Shown: piece after piece, positions 8,715 through 17,329 of the stretch
Position numbering within the stretch: position 1 is the first letter of the stretch
Layout: the number at the start of each line of letters is the position of its first letter
Origin: Nitrososphaera viennensis EN76
Lineage (GTDB): Archaea; Thermoproteota; Nitrososphaeria; Nitrososphaerales; Nitrososphaeraceae
DNA length: 32,000 nt
NCBI RefSeq assembly: GCF_000698785.1
Contig: NZ_CP007536.1
Coordinates: forward strand, 540,001 to 572,000
Direction: 5' to 3'
Notes under the pieces: generated by a model
Database searches by the model: none
Told to the model about the DNA's origin: nothing
The model's input: only the letters and a program-made list of their open reading frames with translations
Translations under genes and position numbers: made by a program

Positions 8715-9134
8715 GATAAAATATGCCGAACAAGTTTTGATGCCAGTTGCCTCTAGCGGAACGGTCGGCCGGCGACAGTTTTTCTATGCTCTGGTCAGAA
8801 ATTTACGCATCGGGGCAATACAGGACATTTATTCGGCGGCAAAGACGCCCACGCCTGGCCGCCGTCAAGGCTTCCGGCGATTGCCCCCAATGCAAGCGTC
8901 ACGCACACCGAAATTGCCATTGTTGTCATCCGTGGATGTTCTGTCACAAGGCTTGCGGTTTTTCGTGCAATCCGCGGGAACATGCGTATGGCTTAGGCAA
9001 TCGTCCGCTATTTAAGTAGGCAAGTAGTTTTGCACAAGTAGATCATTAGATTCAAAACAGGCGCCGCTTTTGGACAGCTTGGGTAGAGTAGTAGTGCGCT
9101 TAATAGCGCGTAGGAGCATATTGATAATCAGGGA

Positions 9135-9305
9135 ATGGCTACGGACCTAAAGAGCATCCCTCCAGAAAAGAAAGAAGTGGTGAGAAATCTGTATGTTTCA
9201 GGGATTCCTGAGGAATTTATTGCGATGCAACTTGATTTAGAAATCCCGCTTGTCATCGCCATCCTCAAGGAACTCGGGATCTACAGGCACGCAAACGAAC
9301 CATGA
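9135..9305 (+). CDS. candidate 56-aa small helical (HTH-like) protein
   Basis: Hand translation gives MATDLKSIPPEKKEVVRNLYVSGIPEEFIAMQLDLEIPLVIAILKELGIYRHANEP. CATATTGATAAT lies just upstream. The perfect 14-bp palindrome TTCCCGGCCGGGAA (9308-9321) follows the stop. Confidence 0.35.
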   Translation: MATDLKSIPPEKKEVVRNLYVSGIPEEFIAMQLDLEIPLVIAILKELGIYRHANEP

Positions 9306-9485
9306 CCTTCCCGGCCGGGAAAAACTGGATATCGTTTATTTCGACGATCCCCCGGTCGTGTCACTCTTCTGCCCAATCCAGCGTTTCGTTGCTAATTGCA
9401 AATTTTCCGCCATTTCAGTAGCAAGAATCCGGACTGGCCGATAGATAGACTGAATAAGTCTTCCCTGTTATTTTGGCATGAATTG

Positions 9486-10826
9486 ATGAAGGTAGCGCTT
9501 TCCATCGCAGGGAGCGACTCTGGCGCAGGCGCCGGCATACAGGCCGACCTAAAGACGTTCTCGGCACTTGGCGTCTATGGCTGCACGGCGATAACCGCGC
9601 TGACCGCGCAGAACACAAAAAAAGTAGCAGAGATACACGAAGTCCCGGCAGGAATCGTCGAGGCGCAGGTAACGTCAATCATGACAGACCTGCCGCCTGC
9701 CGCAATCAAGGTAGGCATGGTCTACAGCCGGGAGATAATAGGTGCCATTACAAAATCGCTAAAGCACGCAAGGGCGCCCATCGTGCTTGACCCGATACTT
9801 GCCGCAGGGACAGGCGCAAAACTGCTGAGAGACGACGCGCTCGACCTGTTTGTTTCAAGGTTAATCCCTCTTGCGACCCTTGTCACGCCAAACAGGATGG
9901 AGGCCGAAAAGCTGTCCGGCGTAAGGATAAGGAGCGAAGGCGACGGCGTCGAGGCTGCAAAAAAGCTGAGGGCGCTTGGAGCAAAAAACGTCATTGTCAA
10001 GGGCGGCCATTTCGGGAAAAAGACGGTGACGGACATACTATTGCTTGACAACAGCAGCAAGGTGACAGAGATAACAAACCCGCGCGTCGTCGACATCAAG
10101 GAGAGCCACGGCTCGGGCTGCAACTTTTCCGCTGCAGCCACCGCATACCTTGCGCGTGGCTTGGCGCTTGAAGAAGCGTGCAGGCTGGCAAACGAGTACG
10201 TGCACGACGCCATCAAAAACGCGGTCACGGTGGGAAAGGGCCTGCCGGTCACAAACCCGCTTTCTGCAATCTACAAAGACGCGATGCGGCATAGGGTGCT
10301 TGCAGAGCTGCAGGCGGCAGTCGACAGGCTTGTTTCGCTTGAGGGTTTTTACCGCCTGGTACCAGAAACGCAGACGAATTTCGCGTACGCGCTTCCCGAC
10401 GCTTCCAGCCATTCCGAGGTCGCGGCAGTCCGCGGGAGGATAGCGAGGGCAGGCAACGCCGCTGTGCAGGTGTCAAGGGTAGAGTTTGGCGCCTCCAGGC
10501 ACATGGCGTCTGCCGTCCTGGCGTACATGAGCATCAGGCCGTCGACAAGGGCAGTGGCCAACATCAGGCTTGACCCGGCGATCCTTGCCGCATTCAGGTC
10601 GCTGTTCGAGGTGTCAAGCTACGACAGGAGCAAGGAGCCGCAAGACGTCAAGAGAAAAGAAGGCTCCACCATATCGTGGGGCACAAAAGCCGCGCTTTCC
10701 AAAAACCCTGAGGCGGAGGTGATATACCACGAAGGCGATGTCGGCAAGGAGCCCATGATAACCGTCTTTGGCAGGAACCCCGCAGAAGTGGTATACAAGA
10801 TCGAGCAGGTATTGAAGATTTGCTGA
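9486..10826 (+). CDS. thiDN: bifunctional ThiD-ThiN (HMP/HMP-P kinase fused to archaeal-type thiamine-phosphate synthase)
   Basis: Track ORF 9396..10826, trimmed to ATG 9486 (MKVALSIAGSDSGAGAGIQADLKTF). ThiD motifs are VTPNRMEAEKL, VKGGH and HGSGCNFSAA. The extra ~190-aa C-terminal domain (VPETQTNFAYAL...AVRGRI...) is typical of ThiN fusions known in archaea. Confidence 0.85.
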   Translation: MKVALSIAGSDSGAGAGIQADLKTFSALGVYGCTAITALTAQNTKKVAEIHEVPAGIVEAQVTSIMTDLPPAAIKVGMVYSREIIGAITKSLKHARAPIVLDPILAAGTGAKLLRDDALDLFVSRLIPLATLVTPNRMEAEKLSGVRIRSEGDGVEAAKKLRALGAKNVIVKGGHFGKKTVTDILLLDNSSKVTEITNPRVVDIKESHGSGCNFSAAATAYLARGLALEEACRLANEYVHDAIKNAVTVGKGLPVTNPLSAIYKDAMRHRVLAELQAAVDRLVSLEGFYRLVPETQTNFAYALPDASSHSEVAAVRGRIARAGNAAVQVSRVEFGASRHMASAVLAYMSIRPSTRAVANIRLDPAILAAFRSLFEVSSYDRSKEPQDVKRKEGSTISWGTKAALSKNPEAEVIYHEGDVGKEPMITVFGRNPAEVVYKIEQVLKIC

Positions 10827-10890
10827 GGGTTCTTCTATAGGAAATGCGGTCTTACCTTATATAGTAGGAAATGCGACAGAAACGCCGGCG

Positions 10891-11598
10891 ATGAAAGCAG
10901 TCATACTCGCAGGCGGCCTCGGGACGAGGCTCCAGCCGTATACCTTCTTTATACCCAAGCCGATGCTCCCGCTCGGCAACAAGCCGCTCCTCGAATACAC
11001 GATAGAGTGGCTGAGAAACGCCGGCGGCATCAAAGAGATCGTGATTTGCGTCAGCTACCTCCACAGGACAATCGAGGACTATTTCGAGGACGGGAGCAGG
11101 TTCAACGTCAAGATAGACTACGCCCGCGCAGAGCGACCGCTTGCGACCGCGGGGCAGTTAAAGACCGCGGAAAAGATGCTTGCCGACGACACCTTTGTCT
11201 GCGTCTATGGCGACTCGGTCTACGAGTTTAACCTGCGCAAGATGCTGAAGATGCACAGCGAGAGCAAGGCGTTCGTTTCGATGGCGCTGATGCACTACTC
11301 TACGAAACTGAAATACGGCTTTATCGATGTTGACGGAAGCGACATAACCGGCTGGCGCGAAAAGCCCGAGATAAGCGGGCTCATCAACATCGGCTGCTAC
11401 GTCATGGAACCCGGATTCCTAAAGGCGATACCCAAGGCTGGCGCGTTTGGCATGGACGACGCCGTGAGAAACGCCCTTGCGCAGAAAAAGAAGGTCAAGG
11501 CGTTCGAGGTGGACGGCACCGGGTTCATAGACATCGGCGACAAGAAATCGTACCTTGACGCCTACAAGCAGTTTGCAAGCAGGCTGGGCAAGATATAA
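10891..11598 (+). CDS. sugar-1-phosphate nucleotidylyltransferase (NTP_transferase family)
   Basis: 235 aa. The N-terminal signature is MKAVILAGGLGTRLQPYTFFIPKPMLPL, with YGDSVY and INIGCYV further in. Sugar specificity is not determinable by eye. Confidence 0.85.
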   Translation: MKAVILAGGLGTRLQPYTFFIPKPMLPLGNKPLLEYTIEWLRNAGGIKEIVICVSYLHRTIEDYFEDGSRFNVKIDYARAERPLATAGQLKTAEKMLADDTFVCVYGDSVYEFNLRKMLKMHSESKAFVSMALMHYSTKLKYGFIDVDGSDITGWREKPEISGLINIGCYVMEPGFLKAIPKAGAFGMDDAVRNALAQKKKVKAFEVDGTGFIDIGDKKSYLDAYKQFASRLGKI

Positions 11599-11601
11599 GA
11601 T

Positions 11602-12858
11602 ATGCCGTCGATTGCGCTCTTTGAGGACCACCACTGGCGCAACTTTGCCCCGCTTACGCTGACGAGGGCGACCTTTGACCTCAAGGTGGGCGCAAGGACG
11701 TTCTTTGAAGAGTGCTCGTACGCCGGCAACGCGCCAGACGCGCTGCTCGTGCGCAGGCACCTTGAAAAGGTGACAGCAGAGCGGCATGACGGCTGCAAGA
11801 TAAATCCGGGCGCGCTTGATTCAGACGCCATATTTGTGAACGGGCTCTTGCACCCGGCGACCCTTGACCTGCCGCGCCTTTCAAACGTGAACCACACTTT
11901 TGCGATAACATCTGGAAACCGGCTGCTGGTGGCCCGCCTTTCAAAAAAGTCTGCAGAATACCTGCAAAAATGCGTCGAGGCCGGCAAGCCTGCCAGCATC
12001 AAGGCGCTTGCAGTGGAAAAATCCACGGACATGCAGGGCGCTGAAGGGCTGCTGTCAGAGCCGTGGGACCTGATAAGGGTGCTTGAAAACGCGCTTGCCA
12101 TGCAAACAATAGCAGCAGAGCAGCAGCAGTCAAGCGAAATAATGCAGGGCGCAAAGGTACTTGGAGAAAACGCGGTGGTGGCAGAAGGCGCAGCAATAGA
12201 GGACGGCACGGTGCTTGACGCAAGGAACGGCGGCATCTACATCGGCCCGGGCGCGTACATTTCCCAGAGCAGGATAGTAGGCCCGGCTTACATCGGCTCC
12301 CAGACGCAGGTAAAGCAGTTCTCTATAATAGAGAAAAGCTATGTCGGAAGGAACTGCCGCGTCGCCGGCGAGATAGAGCATTCCATAGTTTCCGATTACA
12401 CGAACAAGGCCCATGACGGGTTTTTGGGCCACTCGTACGTCGGCGAGTGGGTCAACCTCGGTGCCATGACCACCACGTCCGACCTGAAGATGACGTACGG
12501 CAACATACGGATTGAAGGTCATGATACGGGCCTTGACAAGCTGGGCTCTTTCTTTGCAGACATGAGCAAGACTTCCATAGGCACGCTCGTCTACAGCGGC
12601 CGCAGGATCGGGGTCTCGTCGCACCTCCACGGCCTCGTCGCAGGCGACGTCCCGTCGTTTACGATATACGGGAAGGGCATCGGCGCAAAAAACGTCGAGC
12701 TAGAGCTTGCGTCTGCGATAGAGACCCAGAGAAAGGTGATGCCAAGGCGCGGCCAGCAGATGAGCAAGGCGTACGAGCAGATGGTAAAGGACGTGTTCCT
12801 TTCGACCGCGCAGGAGAGGAAGAAGGCAGGCGTGCGCAGGGCCAAGTTTGTTGTTTAA
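11602..12858 (+). CDS. GlmU-like protein: degenerate nucleotidyltransferase-like N-domain plus left-handed beta-helix (hexapeptide-repeat) C-domain
   Basis: 418 aa, starting 3 nt after the previous stop. Imperfect hexapeptide repeats span about residues 170-340 (VLGENAVVAEGAAIEDGTVLDARNGGIYIGPGAYISQSRIVGPAYIGSQTQV...). Confidence 0.7.
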   Translation: MPSIALFEDHHWRNFAPLTLTRATFDLKVGARTFFEECSYAGNAPDALLVRRHLEKVTAERHDGCKINPGALDSDAIFVNGLLHPATLDLPRLSNVNHTFAITSGNRLLVARLSKKSAEYLQKCVEAGKPASIKALAVEKSTDMQGAEGLLSEPWDLIRVLENALAMQTIAAEQQQSSEIMQGAKVLGENAVVAEGAAIEDGTVLDARNGGIYIGPGAYISQSRIVGPAYIGSQTQVKQFSIIEKSYVGRNCRVAGEIEHSIVSDYTNKAHDGFLGHSYVGEWVNLGAMTTTSDLKMTYGNIRIEGHDTGLDKLGSFFADMSKTSIGTLVYSGRRIGVSSHLHGLVAGDVPSFTIYGKGIGAKNVELELASAIETQRKVMPRRGQQMSKAYEQMVKDVFLSTAQERKKAGVRRAKFVV

Positions 12859-12891
12859 TTATGTGAGAAAATCGCTCCCTTCGAGCGTCCA

Positions 12892-12911
12892 ATGCAACAA
12901 AAACGTTGCAT
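12892..12911. repeat. perfect 7-6-7 palindrome ATGCAAC-aaaaac-GTTGCAT (candidate recombinase core site)
   Basis: Read directly from the sequence. A third near-copy, GTTGCAc, follows at 12917-12923. The site is ~190 bp upstream of the integrase start. Confidence 0.5.
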
Positions 12912-13104
12912 AATCCGTTGCACAGGCGCGAAAACTCAAGCTAGCCCTGAAAATATGCAGACACTAAACTTCTGCTTGGGCATTCATCAAGTAACACTAA
13001 CAAATTTTCCGACTTTATTATCTGTTATTTGGTATATCTATCCCCCTACTACGTCACTGTCTGTCAGTTCTAGGTGCTACTATAAAGGAAGAGGTAGATG
13101 AATA

Positions 13105-14469
13105 GTGGCTCAAACGCTTGTACAAAGGAAGAGCCGCTTAAGGGTCAAGGGCTTGAAGGTAAAGGACAGAGAGAAGATCAAGGAAGCAATAGCGATCAGC
13201 ATCCAGAATGGCAATTACACAACGAGAGAAATCGGTGTTGACATAGGCAAGGATCACAGTACCATCTCACGTTATCTCTCAGAGATGGAAAGAGAGGACA
13301 AGTGGGGAATACGGCGGGATGCCAATGGTAGCATCATTATCTCGTTGCAAAAGCAGCTTGCACAGGAACACAGGCAATTAGAAAATGAACCGTTCAACCA
13401 GCTGCCTGCAATCCAGAAATGGATAACGTACCTGAAGTCAGGCGGAATCCTTCCAAGGAGGATCCAGTACCTTGTAAACGTGGTTCACGGAATGTCTGAC
13501 CAGCTGAAGGTGATGCCGGAGACTCTCGTAAGCTTTGGTGTACCCCTCGACACGATGAAGCGAAAAGAGATAGCGATAGAATACTGGCGGAACTTTCTTG
13601 CGTGGTTCAATGTCGCTTACCCACAGATGCAAAAGACAAACACCATCAACGCTTATCGAAGCTTTCTTGCAGCTCACAACATCAACTTTGCTCACGGGGA
13701 AGGCAGGCGCTATGGACTGTCAACCACGCCGGAAAGGCTTGGGGAGTACAAGGACATCATGCTCACGCCGGAACAGATAGACAGGATAAACAGACTGCTG
13801 GAGGGTGAAAGCGACTGGGAAGCTTGGAGTTTTATGAATATCGATCTCCATACCGGAGCTAGAGCCTTTGCCATGGCGTCTATGAGCTGGAATAGGGTGG
13901 CATTCTTACCGGTGTTCAGAGTTGAACAGTTTGAGCCAAAGATAAAGCGTGGAGACTGGTACCTGACAAAGGAGGGTAAGTGGTGGGTAAAGTACCCGAC
14001 AGAAGAGTGCAGGATTGTAGTCGAGACTGCACGTGATAGGTTACCAAAAGAAAGGAAATTCTTATTTTTTGACGATGCAAAAAGCGACAAGGCAAATGCG
14101 CTACAAGCTTCTTACTTTATGTCAAAAATGGCGATTAGGTTCAAGAAGATATTCTCGGGGCTGAACAAAAGCAGTTGGCTAAACGAAAAGACACGGATAT
14201 ACGCGCTAGGAGATGGGCTGTACTTTAATGGACATCCCTTGCATCTCATGAGACATACTATGGCTCAGTACTATCTGGCAGCGACAAATTGGTCACTTGC
14301 GTACGTCGCAAGCTTGGGAGGGTGGGAAAACACAGAAGTGTTGAACAAGTGCTACGGCGGAATTCCTGAACACATTAAAGCGCAGATAGCAAAGTCAATC
14401 CATGTAAGGTTTGATACTCTTGTCCTGAATACTTTTGGATCAGCTCTACATGGTTCGTTACTCACTTGA
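13105..14469 (+). CDS. int: tyrosine recombinase / integrase with N-terminal HTH
   Basis: 454 aa with a GTG start at 13105. CTATAAAGG lies at 13079-13087 and GAGGT lies 9 nt upstream. The N-terminal HTH is YTTREIGVDIGKDHSTISRYLSEME. Catalytic boxes are LHTGARAF (Arg), HLMRHT (HxxR), and LGGWENTEVLNKCYGG (Trp in the His/Trp position, plus the Tyr nucleophile). Confidence 0.85.
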   Translation: MAQTLVQRKSRLRVKGLKVKDREKIKEAIAISIQNGNYTTREIGVDIGKDHSTISRYLSEMEREDKWGIRRDANGSIIISLQKQLAQEHRQLENEPFNQLPAIQKWITYLKSGGILPRRIQYLVNVVHGMSDQLKVMPETLVSFGVPLDTMKRKEIAIEYWRNFLAWFNVAYPQMQKTNTINAYRSFLAAHNINFAHGEGRRYGLSTTPERLGEYKDIMLTPEQIDRINRLLEGESDWEAWSFMNIDLHTGARAFAMASMSWNRVAFLPVFRVEQFEPKIKRGDWYLTKEGKWWVKYPTEECRIVVETARDRLPKERKFLFFDDAKSDKANALQASYFMSKMAIRFKKIFSGLNKSSWLNEKTRIYALGDGLYFNGHPLHLMRHTMAQYYLAATNWSLAYVASLGGWENTEVLNKCYGGIPEHIKAQIAKSIHVRFDTLVLNTFGSALHGSLLT

Positions 14470-15093
14470 AAAGTCTTCCAATCCTGATTTGGGTAATTGT
14501 TTTGTTGTCCTTTTGTAATACCCCTCTTTCAAGTCAATGAGGTAATTGTAGGAAACTAGGACATCGAGAATAGCCTTGATCGGCTGTTTGTTTCCGACTA
14601 TATCTCTGCCCAGATCATACATCTCTGCTTTTGCAAATGCCCTACTGCCAAACTTTTCGTCAATCCTCGTTACTGCCTTTGCAAGCAGCGAATCCTTCTC
14701 GTAAAAAGAGCCGAGGTTGATAATGTAGATTTTCTCGCCTTCTACTGATACGTATGCCTTTATCCTTTCCGGGCCTGCTAGGCTCTTGTGGTACGTGTAT
14801 TTACCTCTCTTTCCGTTGATCACCTTGTCAGCATAGGCAGTGAGAAACGGGTTGACATCAAATTCCGGGTCAATAGAGTATTCTAAAGGCGGTCTATCTT
14901 TGACGACTGCCTGCGGGTTGGGATTCAGTAGCGCTTGCACATCTTTGAGCATGTTTGGAAAGATGGATACGTGCTCACCGTAACCCGTCCTTTTGATTTT
15001 CAAAAAGCCCCACTTTCTAAGGTCATCATATGCTTTGGTTGATTCTCCTTTTTCTGACGTGGCAGTGCCTTTCATCGAGTCTTCCTTGGACAT
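14458..15093 (-). CDS. hypothetical protein (211 aa), island-borne
   Basis: ATG at 15093..15091. Composition is island-like. The C-terminus (IKAILDVLVSYNYLIDLKEGYYKRT) is possibly wHTH-like. The 3' end overlaps the integrase 3' end by 12 nt (convergent). Confidence 0.55.
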   Translation of the reverse strand: MSKEDSMKGTATSEKGESTKAYDDLRKWGFLKIKRTGYGEHVSIFPNMLKDVQALLNPNPQAVVKDRPPLEYSIDPEFDVNPFLTAYADKVINGKRGKYTYHKSLAGPERIKAYVSVEGEKIYIINLGSFYEKDSLLAKAVTRIDEKFGSRAFAKAEMYDLGRDIVGNKQPIKAILDVLVSYNYLIDLKEGYYKRTTKQLPKSGLEDFSSE

Positions 15094-15245
15094 GTGTCGC
15101 TCCCCGATACAGTTAGAATAGTATAATTTCCTGAGTATGGCAAGATGATAACTGTTAAACGTACAAGCTTCCCCTCTGCTTGCCTATCACGCAAAGCATG
15201 GCGTGATAATACGCCATAAATGATATAAAGATTACTAAAAACGAT

Positions 15246-15668
15246 ATGTATAATACATACTCTGTGGCACAATATACTATGAACGTTAGCGAGGAATTTG
15301 GAAGCCCAAAAGGAGTTCTGGAATGGCTTGTTTCTGGAAATGCATCGGCTAGACTTCTGGATTTCTTTGTGACAAACAAAGAGTTTGACTACTCTGAAAC
15401 AGATGCCGCAGAATCATCTGGAGTATCTTTACGAACTGTATCCCGGGAATTACCAAAGTTTGAATCCGCCGGTATCATAAAGTTCACAAGAAACGTAGGA
15501 AGAGCAAAGATGTACAGATTTGACCAGAACTCAGAAATCGCCAAGTATCTAGAACAATTTGTATTTGCAGCTGCAACTAGGCGAATTGAAGCATCCATGA
15601 TGCAATCAGAGGCGCAAACCTCCTCTGTTGGGAAGAAAATAGAAACGGCTCGGTTGGCAAATAGCTAA
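15246..15668 (+). CDS. winged-helix (ArsR/TrmB-like) transcriptional regulator
   Basis: 140 aa. ETDAAESSGVSLRTVSRELPKFESAGIIKFTRNVGRAKMYRF forms an HTH plus wing. ATG 15279 (MNVSEEF) is an alternative start, better spaced from GATATAAAG at ~15222-15230. The gene is divergent from 14458..15093. Confidence 0.65.
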   Translation: MYNTYSVAQYTMNVSEEFGSPKGVLEWLVSGNASARLLDFFVTNKEFDYSETDAAESSGVSLRTVSRELPKFESAGIIKFTRNVGRAKMYRFDQNSEIAKYLEQFVFAAATRRIEASMMQSEAQTSSVGKKIETARLANS

Positions 15669-15698
15669 TTGAGTTACAAGGGGAATCGCTGAAACAAT

Positions 15699-16019
15699 TC
15701 ACAGAGGGTGCGATTCAATCTTGATCGGAACCCTCGAAACAATTTCTTCAAAGATCGAATTCAAAGATTTTTTCTTCATCGATATAGATTGTTCAGCGTT
15801 GGTTGGAGGCATTCTAATCAAACATAGTGTTTGGTTCAGATGATATCTGGCTTTTTTACCCGGTCCCGGATACTCATATTTTTCCATATTTACGGGTGGA
15901 GAAATATCTTGATATTCCTTAAGAAGTTGGTTCCAAGAGAGGTCTGCTAGACTCCTTGCCATCTTCCTTATATCATGCTCGGATTTCTCAGGATTTTGAC
16001 GAAAGAGAGCTCGGATCAT
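15699..16019 (-). CDS. hypothetical 106-aa protein, third gene of the McrBC-like operon
   Basis: The track gives 15699..16055 with a TTG start. I prefer ATG 16019..16017, which overlaps the McrC-like TGA (16018..16016) as ATGA. Product: MIRALFRQNPEKSEHDIRKMARSLADLSWNQLLKEYQDIS... No recognisable motif. Confidence 0.5.
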   Translation of the reverse strand: MIRALFRQNPEKSEHDIRKMARSLADLSWNQLLKEYQDISPPVNMEKYEYPGPGKKARYHLNQTLCLIRMPPTNAEQSISMKKKSLNSIFEEIVSRVPIKIESHPL

Positions 16020-17329
16020 AGTTTCAATTCTCTCACTCCTATTAAGATCATCCAATTCTTTGGATGATTGGGATATATCAGAGCACCAAAGTTTGCATCC
16101 AGATTCGTCATGTAGGCAAGCATCTTATCTCTAGTCTCTGAAATGGAACTCGATTTTGAATAGTTCTTCGCATCGAAGATAGCTATGATCTCATTATCAA
16201 TCATAGCAGTAAAATCTGGCTTGTGTCTTTGAATCCAAGCATTAGGGCCTCCAGCAGCAAATTCTTTTTCATACCAAAAGATTACAATATGGCCATTAAA
16301 TTCGAATTTACAATGAGGGTCATTTCCTAACTGAAAATCAACTAAAAGTCCCTTTTCAAACAAGAACTCTACAAACTCCATGAATATCCAAATTTCGTAA
16401 ATAGTATCCAAATTCTCAATAGGTTCGATGATGTGCCTTGAAGGGGTCTTCTCAGATATGCTTGACATGTTCAGCTGTCTAAATTCTTCTATCCAATTCA
16501 ACAACAATGAATAAGTCGGGTTACGTACGAGGTTTTGATTTATCCGCCGTCTTGTCTCGTCTTCCAAGTTTTTTATTCTGGTATCATTATGCGATAAATC
16601 CCAATACTTCCTTGATGCATTTAGCACAGAGGGGAGTGGGAAACGCTGAAGGATGTCTCTGGTTTTTTGAACCACTCCTTTCAATAATTGTATTTTGTAG
16701 TCGGTCAACGGTTCAAGAAACTGCGTATGAAGCAACCTGATTGATTCCCTACGCATCCATTCTGCACACAGCACCAGAAGAATATTTTCGGGTGTATCAA
16801 ACTCCCTTTTCCGGACTGATGCAGAAAATGCCAATGGAAATTCCATCGGTGACTTGGTTAGTGTTTTTGTCCAATCTATTTTACCTCTAATGCCCGGCCC
16901 ATAGTATTCTATCCGCGGATAATCAAAGTGTATTTCGTCAACAATCTTCTTATAGATTGCAAAGTATTGCATGTAGAGGATTTCTAACTTGTTTAGATCT
17001 GCGAGGGGATTTGGGATTCTAAAAACTCCAACATCGTTTTTAATTTCAAAATAGGCTTCATAAGACCTCCTGTGTTTCAGAATAAGGGAGAGTAATCTGT
17101 CATACATGTACTGCTTAGTTTCAGGTGGTTCAAGAACAACCCGAACCAACTGGTGCCATTTCCATCCATTCTCACGATACTTGCTAAGCTTGAAGGCATC
17201 CTTTAGCTCCTTGTTTTGAGGGAGATTGATAAAAACATCATCGACGCCAGCCAGAAGTGACATTGAGATATTTCCTCCATTTGGATCATTGAGCCATTTT
17301 ATTTTCTCTATAAGCTCATTTTCTTCCAT
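16016..17329 (-). CDS. mcrC: McrC-like subunit: DUF2357-type N-region plus PD-(D/E)xK nuclease
   Basis: 437 aa. Family hallmarks are GKIDWTKT, FDTPENILLVL and IYEIWIFMEFVEFL. The catalytic block is HKPDFTAMIDNEIIAIFDAKNY (PD...DxK, nt 16166-16219). Its ATG abuts the upstream TAA. Confidence 0.8.
   Translation of the reverse strand: MEENELIEKIKWLNDPNGGNISMSLLAGVDDVFINLPQNKELKDAFKLSKYRENGWKWHQLVRVVLEPPETKQYMYDRLLSLILKHRRSYEAYFEIKNDVGVFRIPNPLADLNKLEILYMQYFAIYKKIVDEIHFDYPRIEYYGPGIRGKIDWTKTLTKSPMEFPLAFSASVRKREFDTPENILLVLCAEWMRRESIRLLHTQFLEPLTDYKIQLLKGVVQKTRDILQRFPLPSVLNASRKYWDLSHNDTRIKNLEDETRRRINQNLVRNPTYSLLLNWIEEFRQLNMSSISEKTPSRHIIEPIENLDTIYEIWIFMEFVEFLFEKGLLVDFQLGNDPHCKFEFNGHIVIFWYEKEFAAGGPNAWIQRHKPDFTAMIDNEIIAIFDAKNYSKSSSISETRDKMLAYMTNLDANFGALIYPNHPKNWMILIGVRELKL

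Noticed and set aside
8747-9019. 90-aa Cys/His-rich plus-strand ORF
   Set aside because: It starts at a non-obvious codon and has odd composition (RRQRRPRLAAV...). It fully overlaps the antisense signal-peptide-like micro-ORF, and I cannot tell which of the two, if either, is real. It is reported only inside the gap finding.
12892-13101. 69-aa plus-strand ORF starting in the palindrome
   Set aside because: Its ATG is part of the ATGCAAC repeat arm. The product is low-complexity with no motifs, and the region reads better as the att/promoter region of the integrase.
12859-13104. tRNA gene or fragment as the integration target at either island border (also 20283-20468)
   Set aside because: No GTTCRAATC-type T-loop or cloverleaf could be built by eye. 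GGTGTTCAAAACTCC near 20362-20376 (minus strand) lacks a pairing T-stem. tRNAscan-SE or ARAGORN would settle it.
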